This document shows positions 1-9,692 of a stretch of DNA of 64,000 nt, piece after piece. Below the pieces are notes generated by a model, which was not told the origin of the DNA, searched no databases, and saw nothing but the letters and a program-made list of their open reading frames with translations. The translations under genes and the position numbers were made by a program. The stretch's first letter is position 1, and each line of letters starts with the position of its first letter. This DNA comes from an uncultured Spirochaetota bacterium (GTDB taxonomy: Bacteria > Spirochaetota > Spirochaetia > SZUA-6 > Fen-1364). The DNA lies in assembly GCA_963820525.1 (NCBI GenBank), contig CAWGAA010000003.1, forward strand, positions 96,001 through 160,000. The letters are read 5' to 3'.

Positions 1-406
1 CCATGGCCCGCCTCACGGCTTCGCGATCCGTCGGGTCCAGGACCGCCAGAGCCGACGCCAGGCTCGTCTGGGCTTCCCGCCGGGCCGCGGTCATCATCCG
101 CCTGCCGTCCGGCGTGAGGGCGAGCACGATGCGGCGCCTGTCGGCGCTGGAGTGCCCGCGGGTGAGCAGGCGGCGCTCTTCCAGGCCGTCCACCATCTTG
201 CTGGCGGTGGCCGGGGCTATGCCCAGATGCTCCGCCAGCTCCCCCAGGGAAGCCTCGGACTTCCTGTCGATGAAAGCCATGGAGCGGAATTGCGGCACGC
301 TCAAGTCCGCCGCCCGACGGCTGCGCATCTCGGCGCGGATGAAGCGCATCACCGCCGGGACCGTTTCCAGGACGAGCCGGGCACATTCCCGTGTGCTTTC
401 CATCAT
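1..406 (-). CDS. MarR-family transcriptional regulator (3' end runs off the window)
   Basis: Not in the ORF track. Manual minus-strand translation gives MMESTRECARLVLETVPAVMRFIRAEMRSRRAADLSVPQFRSMAFIDRKSEASLGELAEHLGIAPATASKMVDGLEERRLLTRGHSSADRRRIVLALTPDG, a winged HTH with the D-R-R wing motif. GAAAGG RBS upstream. Confidence 0.9.
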   Translation of the reverse strand, partial: MMESTRECARLVLETVPAVMRFIRAEMRSRRAADLSVPQFRSMAFIDRKSEASLGELAEHLGIAPATASKMVDGLEERRLLTRGHSSADRRRIVLALTPDGRRMMTAARREAQTSLASALAVLDPTDREAVRRAM

Positions 407-426
407 TCCATTCGCCTTTCTAATTA

Positions 427-456
427 TTAGATAATCTAAATAAAAGACACGGTCAA
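427..456 (-). promoter_or_regulatory. marR promoter (-35 TTGACC at 456-451) overlapped by the palindrome TTAGAT-A-ATCTAA (427-439), a candidate auto-operator
   Basis: AT-rich patch in a GC-rich background. A perfect 6-bp inverted repeat covers the expected -10 position. Confidence 0.55.
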
Positions 457-511
457 GCCCTCCCGCAGTGTCTCCCTTGCCATCCGCCGCTCATCGGAAC
501 ACAATCGCGCC

Positions 512-1125
512 ATGACGAAGGCGGAGCTTCGCGCGCGCATGCTGAAGATCCTCGCGGAAACAGGCGACTCCGAGGCGGCACGGCGCGGAGATCTGGTGGC
601 ACGCCGCCTTTCCGATACCGGGGCGTGGCAGCGGTCCGGGACGCTCCTTGTCTTTCTCTCCATGTCTCACGAAGTGGATACGCTCCCCTCATTGCCGCAG
701 CTCGCGGCGCGGGAAAGTCCCTCGCCGTGCCTCGGATCGTGGGGAGCTCTCTGGTGTTTCACTCCCTTGGCACGGGCTTCGAGACGCTCCCCCATGACGC
801 GATGGGGATCAGGAAGCCCGATCCGGCATGGCCGGTGTTCGACCCTCACGCGGCCGCGCGCCGAGGAGGGATCCTCATCGTCGTTCCCGGCCTCGCATTC
901 GACAGGAGGGGCAACCGGCTGGGCCGCGGCCGGGGCTTCTACGACCGTTTTCTCGTAGAAGCCCGCTCCTGGAGCGTCGAACGGCCGCTCGCCATCGGGA
1001 TTTGCTTCTCCGAGCAGCTCTTCGACTCGATCCCCGCCGGCCTGGGGGACCAGCCGCTGGACGGAGTCGTGACCGAGGAGGAGACTCTCATGATGCGCGG
1101 GCTTCCGCCGGATGCAAGCCCTTGA
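512..1125 (+). CDS. 5-formyltetrahydrofolate cyclo-ligase (one frameshift near 682)
   Basis: N-terminus MTKAELRARML...FLSMSHEVDT is in ORF 512. It continues in ORF 625 as PLIAAARGAGKSLAVPR...VVPGLAFDRRGNRLGRGRGFYDRFL, the family signature. One base is missing at GAT AC(G) GCT. Confidence 0.88.
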
Positions 1126-1198
1126 TTCCCGGCGGGCTTGTTGAGTACATTGCTTTGGAGCAAGCACGCAGTCGTTCCGGCCGCAAACGGAGAGTGAT

Positions 1199-1789
1199 AT
1201 GGGAACCATAAAATCCGCATTTGAAATCGCGATGGAAAACACGAAGAGCATCGAGGCCAACAAGGAGCTCGTCGAGCTCAACAAGCTCAAGGACGAGGGA
1301 AAGAAGCTCGTCTCACGGCTGTTCGACGAGGCATCCTTCAACCTCAAGGAAACCCTCGCGGCCTTCGACAAGAGCAAGCTCCAGAGCGTGCGGGAAGGGC
1401 TCATCCAGTCCCTCCTTGCCAACCTTGTGCTGCCCTTCGACGAGTTCGCGCTTCAGCGCAACAGGAAGATCGGCGAGGCCGTGGGAGCCATTGTGTCGGA
1501 CACGAAGCGCATTTCGATGATGTTCAGCCAGCTGGAGCACTTCTTCAAGGAGTTCATGGATGAACGCACGCGGCTGATCGAGACACTGGAGCGCCAGTAC
1601 GCCCCCCGGCTCCAAAAAAAGGAAGAGGAGGTATCCAAGCAGCTCGGGCGGCCCGTGAAGATCAACCCCGCATCGGACCCCGAGTTCCAGGGCCTCATGC
1701 GGCAGTACCTCGGACAGCTCGAGGCCAAGTATGAAGAGGTTCTCTCCGGAGCCAAGGAAGAGATCAAGGGCACCTTCCTGAAGGGCTGA
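1199..1789 (+). CDS. Conserved helical hypothetical protein (DUF6657-like)
   Basis: N-terminus MGTIKSAFEIAMENTK resembles this family. Charged coiled-coil composition, GGAG RBS, and an upstream TTGATT-N18-TACATT promoter. Confidence 0.65.
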   Translation: MGTIKSAFEIAMENTKSIEANKELVELNKLKDEGKKLVSRLFDEASFNLKETLAAFDKSKLQSVREGLIQSLLANLVLPFDEFALQRNRKIGEAVGAIVSDTKRISMMFSQLEHFFKEFMDERTRLIETLERQYAPRLQKKEEEVSKQLGRPVKINPASDPEFQGLMRQYLGQLEAKYEEVLSGAKEEIKGTFLKG

Positions 1790-1792
1790 TCC

Positions 1793-4700
1793 ATGCCCTT
1801 CGTCGCTGACCTGCACCTCCATTCCCGATACTCCCGCGCAACCAGCCGCGAGGCGGACCTCGAGGGCTACTACCGCTGGGCGCGCGTGAAAGGCATCTCG
1901 CTCCTGGGAACGGGAGATTTCACCCACCCGCGGTGGATGTCGGAAATCTCTTCCCGCCTGATCGAGAAGGACGGCCTCCTGAGCTTCGCCGACGAGCCGA
2001 AAGGCTCCGCGCTCTCCTCGGCAAGCCCCGCCGCGATCCCCGTGCGCTTCATCCTCACGGCGGAGATAAGCTCCATCTACAAGAAGAACGGGGCCACGCG
2101 GAAGGTCCACAGCCTCATCATCGTTCCCTCCCTGCACGCCGCCCGATCGCTTTCCCGCAAGCTATCCGCCATCGGAAACATCGCCTCGGACGGAAGGCCC
2201 ATCCTCGGACTGGACCCGAAGGACCTGCTCGCGATGATGCTGGAAGTCGCGCCCGAGGGCATGCTGATCCCGGCGCACATCTGGACCCCCTGGTTCTCCA
2301 TCTTCGGATCGAAGTCAGGATTCGACCGGATCGAGGACTGCTTCGAGGAGCTGACCCCCTACATCCCCGCCCTGGAGACCGGACTCTCCTCGGACCCCCC
2401 CATGAACTGGCGATGGAGCGCCCTGGACCGTTTCCGCCTTGTCTCAAACTCGGACGCCCACTCCCCCGCCAACCTCGGCCGCGAGGCGAACCTCTTCGAT
2501 TCCGAGTTGAGCTATGAAGGCGTGCGGACCGCGCTCGTCACCGGCCGCGGCTTCTCGGGCACGTTCGAGTTCCATCCCGAGGAGGGAAAGTATCACGCCG
2601 ACGGCCACAGAAAATGCGGCGTCTGCATGGACCCCGAAGAGACGCTGCGGAGGGGAGAGAAATGCCCCGAGTGCGGAAAGCCGATGACGATCGGCGTGCT
2701 CAACCGCGTGCTCAGCCTCGCCGACCGCGCCGAGGCTGTTCAGCCGCGCGCGGCAGAGGGCTTCCGCTATCTCATCCCGCTCCCCGAAATCCTCTCGGAG
2801 CTTGCCTCAGCCGGGGTCGGCTCGAAGGGAGTCACGTCCCTGTACGAGAGAATGATCGGCGCTTTCGGAAGCGAGTACGGGATCCTCTTCGATGTCCCCC
2901 TCGAGGATATCGAGAAGGGCTTCGGTAACCTTGCGGCGGAGGCCATCAGGCGCATGCGGGAAGGCCGGGTCCATCCATCCCCGGGCTACGACGGCGAGTT
3001 CGGCAGGATTCTCCTCTTCGAGAGGCAGGAGCTGGAACGCCTGAGGGGCCAGGACGAGCTTTTTGCCGTTTCAGCCACTCCCGGCAAAAAAAAAGCCCGG
3101 ATCGGCGGGGCTTCGCCGCTTCTCGGGCGCGATGCCGCCGGAGAAAGACAGCGGGCGGCGGAACCGGCCGGCCTCGACGCGGAGCAGGAAGCCGCGGTGG
3201 CCGCGGACTCCAGCGCGGCGATAGTCCAGGCCGGGCCGGGAACGGGAAAGACGCGCCTCCTGACCCATTGGATTGCGCGCCGGATAAAAGAAGGAGCGGC
3301 GCAGCCGGGGGAAGCGCTGGCGCTTACCTTCACGAACAGGGCCGCGGCCGAGATGCGGCAGAGGCTGCGCGCCCTGCTCGCCGACGATGCGGAGGCGATT
3401 CTCGTCACCACCTTCCACTCCCTGTGCTTCTCGATCCTCCATGAGATGGATCCCGCGCTTCAGTCCATCTACGGGGCGGCGGACCGGGAGGAGATCCTTG
3501 GCATCATTCTGCCCGCCGACGCGGCGGGGCGGGCGCGCGAGATGTCCCGCAGCATCGAGAAATACTACGAAGGGGTGGAACCGGGGAACGAGGAGCTTTT
3601 CCCGGTGGTCCGCATCTATGAGGATTACCTGGCGGAGATCGGCGCGGCAGACCTTTCCTCGCTCGTGTTGAAGGCGACGGCGGCCTTGCGGGCAGACGAC
3701 GCAGCGCTCCAGCGGCTGCGCATGCGCTTCACGCTGATCGCGGTGGACGAGCTTCAAGACATCAACCCCGGCCAGTACGAGCTCGTGATGCTTTTGGCGG
3801 GAGACCGTGAAAGCGCTGCATCGAAAGACCGCCGCCGCCTGCTCTGCATCGGGGATCCCGACCAGGCCATTTACGGCTTCCGCGGGTCGGACCGCGGCCT
3901 TTTCTTCCGCCTCCGCGACGAGCTTTCAGCCGAAACCCGCATCCTCACCCGAAGCTACCGCTCCACGGCAACCATACTCCGCGCCGCCTCCTCGGTTCTG
4001 GCCGGCGGCCGGAGCGAATCCGCGCCCACGCTTTCCGCTGTCCGCGGCGGAGGCGCGGCCATCGAGGTATACGCCGCTTCGGACCCCTCGGACGAGGGGA
4101 GGTTCATCGCGCACGGCATCGCCACGCTGATGGGCGGAGTCGACAGCATTTCGGCGGATGCGGCGCGCGACGCATCCTCCGGCTGCTCCTTTGCCGACAT
4201 TGCGGTCCTGTTCCGCACGCGGGCCATCCGCGACGCGCTCCTCCCTGCCCTCCTCAGGGCGGGGATCCCCACGACGGTGAGGGAAAGCTCGCCGCTTCAT
4301 TCCGAGAGACCCTTCGTGTACCTGGTGGCGGCCTTGAGGGTCCTCCACAATCCGAGGGACGCCGCTTCGCTGGCGCTGCTCCTCCAGCACGTGGCACCCG
4401 GCAGGCCGATCGCCCTTGCCGCGGCGAAAGCCCTCGGGGCTGGAGATCCCCCCGGAGAGCTTCCCGCGATCCTGGCCGGGCTGCATGGCTTTTCGGAATC
4501 ATCGCGGATGCGGCTGGATTCGATTCTGACGCGAAGGGACGAGCTTGCCGCGCTGCTCGAATCCGGCGGCATCCCTTCCGTGATCGACAGGATTCTGCAG
4601 CAGACCGTCAGCTTCGACGGCTCGGACCCCCGGGTAGTCATAGGCGAGCAGATCATCCGGGAGACGGCCGGCGAGTTCGGGTCAGATCTGGCCGCTTTCC

Positions 4701-5068
4701 TGAGGCAGCTCTCCCTGCTTGCGGTGGAAAGCGAGGGCGCCGTGCGAAGCGAGAAGGTGCGCCTCCTCACCTTCCATGCGGCGAAAGGCCTGGAGTTTCC
4801 CGCCGTGTTCCTGGCGGGGGTGGAGGAAGGGATCACGCCGATGCCCGACAATCCGGAGGAGGAGCGCAGGCTGTTCTACGTGGCCGTCACGCGGGCCAAA
4901 GACCGCCTCTTCATCTCGCATTGCGCCCACCGGGACGAGTATGGAGAGCACAGACAGATGCGGCCCAGCCGCTTCCTGCAAGACATTCCTATCGACTGCC
5001 GCAAAGACGCCGAAAGGCCGGCGCCCAGGAAGGATCGCTCCGACGCCCAGCTCGGGCTCTTCGAATGA
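1793..5068 (+). CDS. PHP/endonuclease Q-like (TIGR00375-type) domain fused to a UvrD/PcrA SF1 helicase
   Basis: N-half has ADLHLHSRYS, GTGDFTHP, PAHIWTPW, ETGLSSD, SNSDAHS and GKYHxDGHRKC..C/CPEC Zn sites. C-half has AGPGTGKT, VDELQD, IGDPDQAIYGFRG, YRST, TFHAAKGLEF and EEERRLFYVAVTRAK. Confidence 0.92.
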   Translation: MPFVADLHLHSRYSRATSREADLEGYYRWARVKGISLLGTGDFTHPRWMSEISSRLIEKDGLLSFADEPKGSALSSASPAAIPVRFILTAEISSIYKKNGATRKVHSLIIVPSLHAARSLSRKLSAIGNIASDGRPILGLDPKDLLAMMLEVAPEGMLIPAHIWTPWFSIFGSKSGFDRIEDCFEELTPYIPALETGLSSDPPMNWRWSALDRFRLVSNSDAHSPANLGREANLFDSELSYEGVRTALVTGRGFSGTFEFHPEEGKYHADGHRKCGVCMDPEETLRRGEKCPECGKPMTIGVLNRVLSLADRAEAVQPRAAEGFRYLIPLPEILSELASAGVGSKGVTSLYERMIGAFGSEYGILFDVPLEDIEKGFGNLAAEAIRRMREGRVHPSPGYDGEFGRILLFERQELERLRGQDELFAVSATPGKKKARIGGASPLLGRDAAGERQRAAEPAGLDAEQEAAVAADSSAAIVQAGPGTGKTRLLTHWIARRIKEGAAQPGEALALTFTNRAAAEMRQRLRALLADDAEAILVTTFHSLCFSILHEMDPALQSIYGAADREEILGIILPADAAGRAREMSRSIEKYYEGVEPGNEELFPVVRIYEDYLAEIGAADLSSLVLKATAALRADDAALQRLRMRFTLIAVDELQDINPGQYELVMLLAGDRESAASKDRRRLLCIGDPDQAIYGFRGSDRGLFFRLRDELSAETRILTRSYRSTATILRAASSVLAGGRSESAPTLSAVRGGGAAIEVYAASDPSDEGRFIAHGIATLMGGVDSISADAARDASSGCSFADIAVLFRTRAIRDALLPALLRAGIPTTVRESSPLHSERPFVYLVAALRVLHNPRDAASLALLLQHVAPGRPIALAAAKALGAGDPPGELPAILAGLHGFSESSRMRLDSILTRRDELAALLESGGIPSVIDRILQQTVSFDGSDPRVVIGEQIIRETAGEFGSDLAAFLRQLSLLAVESEGAVRSEKVRLLTFHAAKGLEFPAVFLAGVEEGITPMPDNPEEERRLFYVAVTRAKDRLFISHCAHRDEYGEHRQMRPSRFLQDIPIDCRKDAERPAPRKDRSDAQLGLFE

Positions 5069-5171
5069 CGTGCGGCGACGTCTTCCCTTGACACCGCCGT
5101 GCCGAAGGTCATACTGGAGCAAATAGATCCTCCGTCATGTAACCCATCTACTTTGCTCGAGGAGGTACATC

Positions 5172-5819
5172 ATGCGCTGTGTAAAATGTGTGCTTGTGTT
5201 TGCCGCCGTATTGGCGGTTCTTTCCTGCAACCCTCCGGGCGAGACAACCCAGGATAAAACCCTGACCTTGCTGAGCGAAGCTGCCCTCGACGGCTACGTC
5301 ACATTTGTATCACCGAGCTCGTACACAGGATTTGCGGGCGACGCGGCCGTCAACATCGGAGACAGCTCAAACGACACGGATTTCACCCGCTGTGTAGTCA
5401 GCTTCGACCTGAGCTCGCTTCCCGCCGGGGCCCAGATCCAATCCGCCGTGCTCAGGATGTACCAAAACGATCAGTTCACAGGCGACAGCTATGCGGACCC
5501 CGCGGGGCTGGGAGCGGTTCTTGTGGACAACGTCAGTTATGCATCGTTCACGCCCGACGCCGGCCTTTTTTCAGCAGATACCACCGGCACGGATATCGGA
5601 ATCGGGCCGCTCGCGACATCCTTTTCCGCGAATACGTGGCATGAGCTGGATGTGACCACCTCGGCAACTGATGAGGTCAACCTGTACCACAACGGCCGAT
5701 TGCAGTTCCGCATCTACCATCATTACGAAAATAACAACAATTCCACCGCGGACACCGACGGCTGGGTGATGGGGGACAACTCCACGAATCAGCCCCAGCT
5801 CGTCATAACCTACCGGTAA
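5172..5819 (+). CDS. Lipoprotein with a DNRLRE/CBM96-like beta-sandwich domain
   Basis: Lipobox LAVLS-C. Motif SFDLSSLPAGAQIQSAVLRMY, WHELDVT and C-terminal PQLVITY. GGAGG RBS. Confidence 0.7.
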   Translation: MRCVKCVLVFAAVLAVLSCNPPGETTQDKTLTLLSEAALDGYVTFVSPSSYTGFAGDAAVNIGDSSNDTDFTRCVVSFDLSSLPAGAQIQSAVLRMYQNDQFTGDSYADPAGLGAVLVDNVSYASFTPDAGLFSADTTGTDIGIGPLATSFSANTWHELDVTTSATDEVNLYHNGRLQFRIYHHYENNNNSTADTDGWVMGDNSTNQPQLVITYR

Positions 5820-5833
5820 GCCCTCGACCTTGA

Positions 5834-5860
5834 GAGGGGCCGCATACGATGCGGCCCCTC
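5834..5860. terminator. Hairpin between convergent genes, probably a bidirectional terminator
   Basis: GAGGGGCCGCAT-ACG-ATGCGGCCCCTC, a perfect 12-bp stem between stops at 5819 and 5863. Confidence 0.7.
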
Positions 5861-5862
5861 CG

Positions 5863-7587
5863 TCATTTCACGGTGACCGTAAGCGACCCCACGATCTCCC
5901 TGTAGCTGACCTGGATGGTCGCCTTCCCCTTGGACAGGGCGGCAAGCTCACCGGTGGCGCTCACCGTGGCTACTTTCGGGGTAAGGGACTTGTACGTGGG
6001 AACCACTGTTTCGGGTGACTCGCTGAATATGTCGTTCCCCGTTCCCGGAGCCGAGCCCAAGGCAGCGAACGAGTAGACCACCAGCTTCGTGGAGAGCTTG
6101 AGCTTCTGCCTGGCCTTGAGAGCATTGGGATCCGAGCCGGCCGGCGGCTTCACTGAAAGCCCGTCCCTCAGGCCCGAAAGCTTCTTGACCGCGGCGACAT
6201 CCAGCGCGTAGTTGTACATGCGAAGCTCATCGATCACGCCTCTGGTGAAGAAGGTGTTGCCGCGGTCGATGAGCTGGCCGATCACAAGCTTCCCGCCGGA
6301 GCCGGTGACGGCGTCCTCTTCCCCCTCCGAGCTCTTGGCGAGCGCGCCGTCGAGGTAGAACCTCGTGGACTTTCCGTCATACGTGATCGTGAGCAAAGTC
6401 CATCTCCCGGGTGCCATGCGGGTTTCCGTATTGGAGGAATGCTGGCCTTCGGTGCTGAAACCATAGATGGTCATGGAAGGCACATAACCCCGGCCCGATT
6501 TTGCATCGTAGAAGGCGGTATCCACGGAAAGGGTGTAGGCGGGAAGGGCGGAGTCCAGGCTGCTCTTGAGCTTTGTCAGGACGGGTTGGGTTGACTGCCC
6601 CTCCTTGCCCAGATCCAGCTTCAGCCAGCAGGAGATGGTGTAGCCGCCGCCGAGCTGGAGAGAGTCCCTGTCCGCGACCTCGATGAAGCTTTTGCCGTCG
6701 AACTGCGCCCCCTTTGTCGCGATGGAATCCACGTAGCCGACATTCCCGACAATCGCCCCATTGTTCCCCCAACCGGACGAATCGGCCGCATCCCCGTTGA
6801 AATTGAAGTAGGCGATCATTCTCTTGGGCGCGGCGACCAGGTCTCCGCCGGGTCCCGCAAGCGCAGCTTGATAGAGCCCCTTGATTTCATCCTGGCCGAG
6901 AGCCCTGTTGTAGATCCGAAGGTCATCCATTCTTCCGCTATAGAAGACTTTCCCCTCGTTCAATGTGACCAGGCCGATCTGGAGCTTGCCGCTTGAGCCG
7001 GCCAGGCGCGTCCCCCCCGCGCTCTCCTTCTGGGAGAAAAGCTCGCCGTTTCGGAAAAACCTGATCGATTCGCCGTCATAGGTGATGGTGAGAAGCTGCC
7101 ATCTGTGCGCATCGATTCTCTTGTCCGCCGTCACTTCGCCCAGGCCGATATTGTCGCTGGCATCGTAGCGTTGGAGCTGGGGCTGCATGCTCCTCTCGCT
7201 GACTGTGTACGCGGGGATGGTGGCATTGAGATCGCTTGCGAGCTTCGTGAGGATTCCTTGAGCCTTGTCTATTTCCACGGGGTCATCGTTGAGCCACAGG
7301 GAGAAGGTGAAATCCTTCCCGAGATCCAGCGAATTGTTGTCGTTCACCTGGACGTAGCTCTTCCCGTTGAAGAGGGCGGCCATCCCGAGTGGGCCCGGGA
7401 CGTAGGTGATTGAACCGACGGCAGTCCCGTCGTTGCCGTTGCCGGAGTCGTCCTTGAGAGTGCCGTCGAAAGCGTAATGGGCAACGAGAGCCGTATCATC
7501 GGCAAGCGCCGCGCCCGCGCTCACGATGAAAAGAGAGATGGACAGAAAGAGGACCATGAACGGTCCCACTGTTCTTCTTGTTCTCAC
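5863..7587 (-). CDS. Secreted protein with two tandem LamG/concanavalin A-like jelly-roll domains and a C-terminal Ig-like (Big_2) domain
   Basis: Signal peptide ending AGAALA. Two repeats of (AHYAFDG..DDSGNGNDG ... WQLLTITYDG ... MDDLRIYNRAL). C-terminus VATVSATGELAALSKGKATI. AAGGAGG RBS before a GTG start. Confidence 0.85.
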   Translation of the reverse strand: MRTRRTVGPFMVLFLSISLFIVSAGAALADDTALVAHYAFDGTLKDDSGNGNDGTAVGSITYVPGPLGMAALFNGKSYVQVNDNNSLDLGKDFTFSLWLNDDPVEIDKAQGILTKLASDLNATIPAYTVSERSMQPQLQRYDASDNIGLGEVTADKRIDAHRWQLLTITYDGESIRFFRNGELFSQKESAGGTRLAGSSGKLQIGLVTLNEGKVFYSGRMDDLRIYNRALGQDEIKGLYQAALAGPGGDLVAAPKRMIAYFNFNGDAADSSGWGNNGAIVGNVGYVDSIATKGAQFDGKSFIEVADRDSLQLGGGYTISCWLKLDLGKEGQSTQPVLTKLKSSLDSALPAYTLSVDTAFYDAKSGRGYVPSMTIYGFSTEGQHSSNTETRMAPGRWTLLTITYDGKSTRFYLDGALAKSSEGEEDAVTGSGGKLVIGQLIDRGNTFFTRGVIDELRMYNYALDVAAVKKLSGLRDGLSVKPPAGSDPNALKARQKLKLSTKLVVYSFAALGSAPGTGNDIFSESPETVVPTYKSLTPKVATVSATGELAALSKGKATIQVSYREIVGSLTVTVK

Positions 7588-7752
7588 GGGAATACCCTCC
7601 TTGCGCTCGTGCGTGCTCAGCCTGCTTTATTGGGCGGGCGGCGTCGATTATCCCTCCGGCGCTCCCGCCCCGTCAAGCTCTCCCGCGCGCGGCCATGACC
7701 ATGCCCGCCGCCATTGACTCCCCACCGGTACGCGGCTATCCTCTGTCCTTGC

Positions 7753-8889
7753 ATGGACGCGCCGGCTGAAAACCCAGATACTCGGACATTCCTCAAGAGC
7801 CTCGGATTCCCCGAAGTCAAGGTCCACCGCTCCTTCAACCACTTCGATTTCGGCCGCGCCGGCCGCCGCATCCTGGTGATCGGCTCCATGGGGTCCGGAA
7901 AGACCGAGTTCTCCGCCCGGGTATGGAGAGACTCCGAGGTGGCGCGAAAGAAGGTGGGCGCCGCCGCGGCGGGCGCGATGACGGGAGAGTCGGACCGGAG
8001 GGTGGTTTTTTTCATCCGCTCAGCGCTGGATGCCGGGCGGTTCCCCGACTATCCCCCGGATGCGCTTCCCTACAGGGGCGGATACGTTCGCTGCGGAGCC
8101 AATATCGCGGAGATCCGCGATTCCTTCGACCTGGAGCGGATAATCGCGGCGAATCCGCTCGTCGGCACGTGGATCATAGACGAAGCGGCGTTTTACGAGG
8201 AGCGCCTCGCCTACGTGGTCGAGCGCGCATCCCGGTCGCGGGGACTCACCTTCATCTTCCCCTCCCTCATCCTCAACTTCCGGCGGGAGATCTTCAACAC
8301 CACGGCGCGGCTCCTGTTGGACACGGCCACGGACGTTTTCCCCCTCACCGCGTACTGCGAGCATCCCGAGTGCATTGCTGACTCATTCTATACCTACCGC
8401 TCCTACACGGTTGATGGAAGTGAATGTCCCGCGCTCTATTTCGATCCGCTCATCGTGATCGGGGGAGACCGCGAAGTGAACGACCCGCGCGAGCCGAATT
8501 ACGCAACCCGCTGCGACGAGCACCACTACCTTCCGGGCAAGGAGTACTGCTTCCTTATTCTCAAGCCGCTGGGCGAGGAGGCGCTGAAAGGGGACATCCG
8601 GCCCCTGCGGGCGGAGCTCGAGTATCTTCGCGACAACATGGGCTCCTCCCGCCTCCACGCCCATTTCCAGGAGCTCTACGGCAGGGAAGGGGCGCGCGGC
8701 TCCATCATGATGAACGCCCTGCGGGTAGCCTGCATCGCGGAGAAGGCCCTTTTATTTCTCTTCTCGGAGCAGAACCTCCTGCCCAAGGAGAGCTTCGTTC
8801 GCCTGGCGCGGGAGCTGGAGCTTGACGGGGAGTACCTGAGGCGGCGGCTCTCCGATACGCGGCGCTCGGGCGTGCTGGAAGAGCTATGA
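7753..8889 (+). CDS. tdk: Thymidine kinase, long spirochaete type
   Basis: HFDF...ILVIGSMGSGKTE P-loop, WIIDEAAF Walker B, LILNFRREIF, Zn ligands CEHPEC and TRCDEHH, and IVIGG lasso. Start moved to ATG 7753, downstream of TTGACT-N17-TATCCT. Confidence 0.88.
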   Translation: MDAPAENPDTRTFLKSLGFPEVKVHRSFNHFDFGRAGRRILVIGSMGSGKTEFSARVWRDSEVARKKVGAAAAGAMTGESDRRVVFFIRSALDAGRFPDYPPDALPYRGGYVRCGANIAEIRDSFDLERIIAANPLVGTWIIDEAAFYEERLAYVVERASRSRGLTFIFPSLILNFRREIFNTTARLLLDTATDVFPLTAYCEHPECIADSFYTYRSYTVDGSECPALYFDPLIVIGGDREVNDPREPNYATRCDEHHYLPGKEYCFLILKPLGEEALKGDIRPLRAELEYLRDNMGSSRLHAHFQELYGREGARGSIMMNALRVACIAEKALLFLFSEQNLLPKESFVRLARELELDGEYLRRRLSDTRRSGVLEEL

Positions 8890-9671
8890 GAGCGTTTCAC
8901 AGTCTAACGGCCGTTCGTAGTATCGTCCTCGCGGCCCTCCTCTCGTCGGCGCTCCTTGCCGGCTGCTCGGGCAAGCCGCCGCAGATCTCGCGCGTCTTCC
9001 GCCAGCTCCTTCTCGTTCATGACCTCCAGGCCAATTCCTACACCGAGCGGCTGAGCGTATTCGTGGTGGGAAGCGATCCGGATGGATCGGATGACCTTTC
9101 GACTCTCTACGTGATCAACGACGATGCCGAGGCATTCTGGACCGTGGACAGCAAGAGCTGGTCGAGCTCCACGGCCGAAGGGGAGACCTGGATAGGGACC
9201 AATGGCCTGGCGATGCCGGGCGGCGCGCCTCTTCCCGTGGGGACATATCGGGTGATTCTCCAGGATGCCGGAGGCGAGACGGCGGAGGACAGCTTCACCC
9301 TCCCGGACGAAGGGGTGGACCCGTCCAAAGTGAGCTATCCCGTGGCCAGCGTCAAGGCGGGGATAATCCGCATCACGGGCCCGGTGACCGGCCCCGAGAT
9401 CTGGATCTATACCAAGGAAGACCGCTTCCTCATGCGCCTTCCCATGGGCCAGAGCATCCAGCCCGCGGTCCCGGCGGGTCAGGGCGCAGCACCCGCGGGA
9501 GCGGGGGCTCGTCCCACCGGCTCCGGCGGCAACATCCTGGCTTTGAAGGACATCGCCGCGGCTTACCCCACCCTCACCCAGGGATTCATCTTCTGGGCGT
9601 ACGGGCAGGACCCCCAGAGGTTCGGGCTGCTCAGCGGCCCTTACTCATCCGGAAGCTTGCAGGCTCAATAG
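8886..9671 (+). CDS. Hypothetical lipoprotein
   Basis: Lipobox LLAG-C. ATGA overlap with the tdk stop. Beta-rich body with a Pro/Ala/Gly low-complexity insert. Confidence 0.7.
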   Translation: MRAFHSLTAVRSIVLAALLSSALLAGCSGKPPQISRVFRQLLLVHDLQANSYTERLSVFVVGSDPDGSDDLSTLYVINDDAEAFWTVDSKSWSSSTAEGETWIGTNGLAMPGGAPLPVGTYRVILQDAGGETAEDSFTLPDEGVDPSKVSYPVASVKAGIIRITGPVTGPEIWIYTKEDRFLMRLPMGQSIQPAVPAGQGAAPAGAGARPTGSGGNILALKDIAAAYPTLTQGFIFWAYGQDPQRFGLLSGPYSSGSLQAQ

Positions 9672-9692
9672 CCCAGCCCGTATAATCGTCCC

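Noticed and set aside
3..434. Plus-strand 143-aa ORF at the window start
   Set aside because: Shadow of the minus-strand MarR gene.
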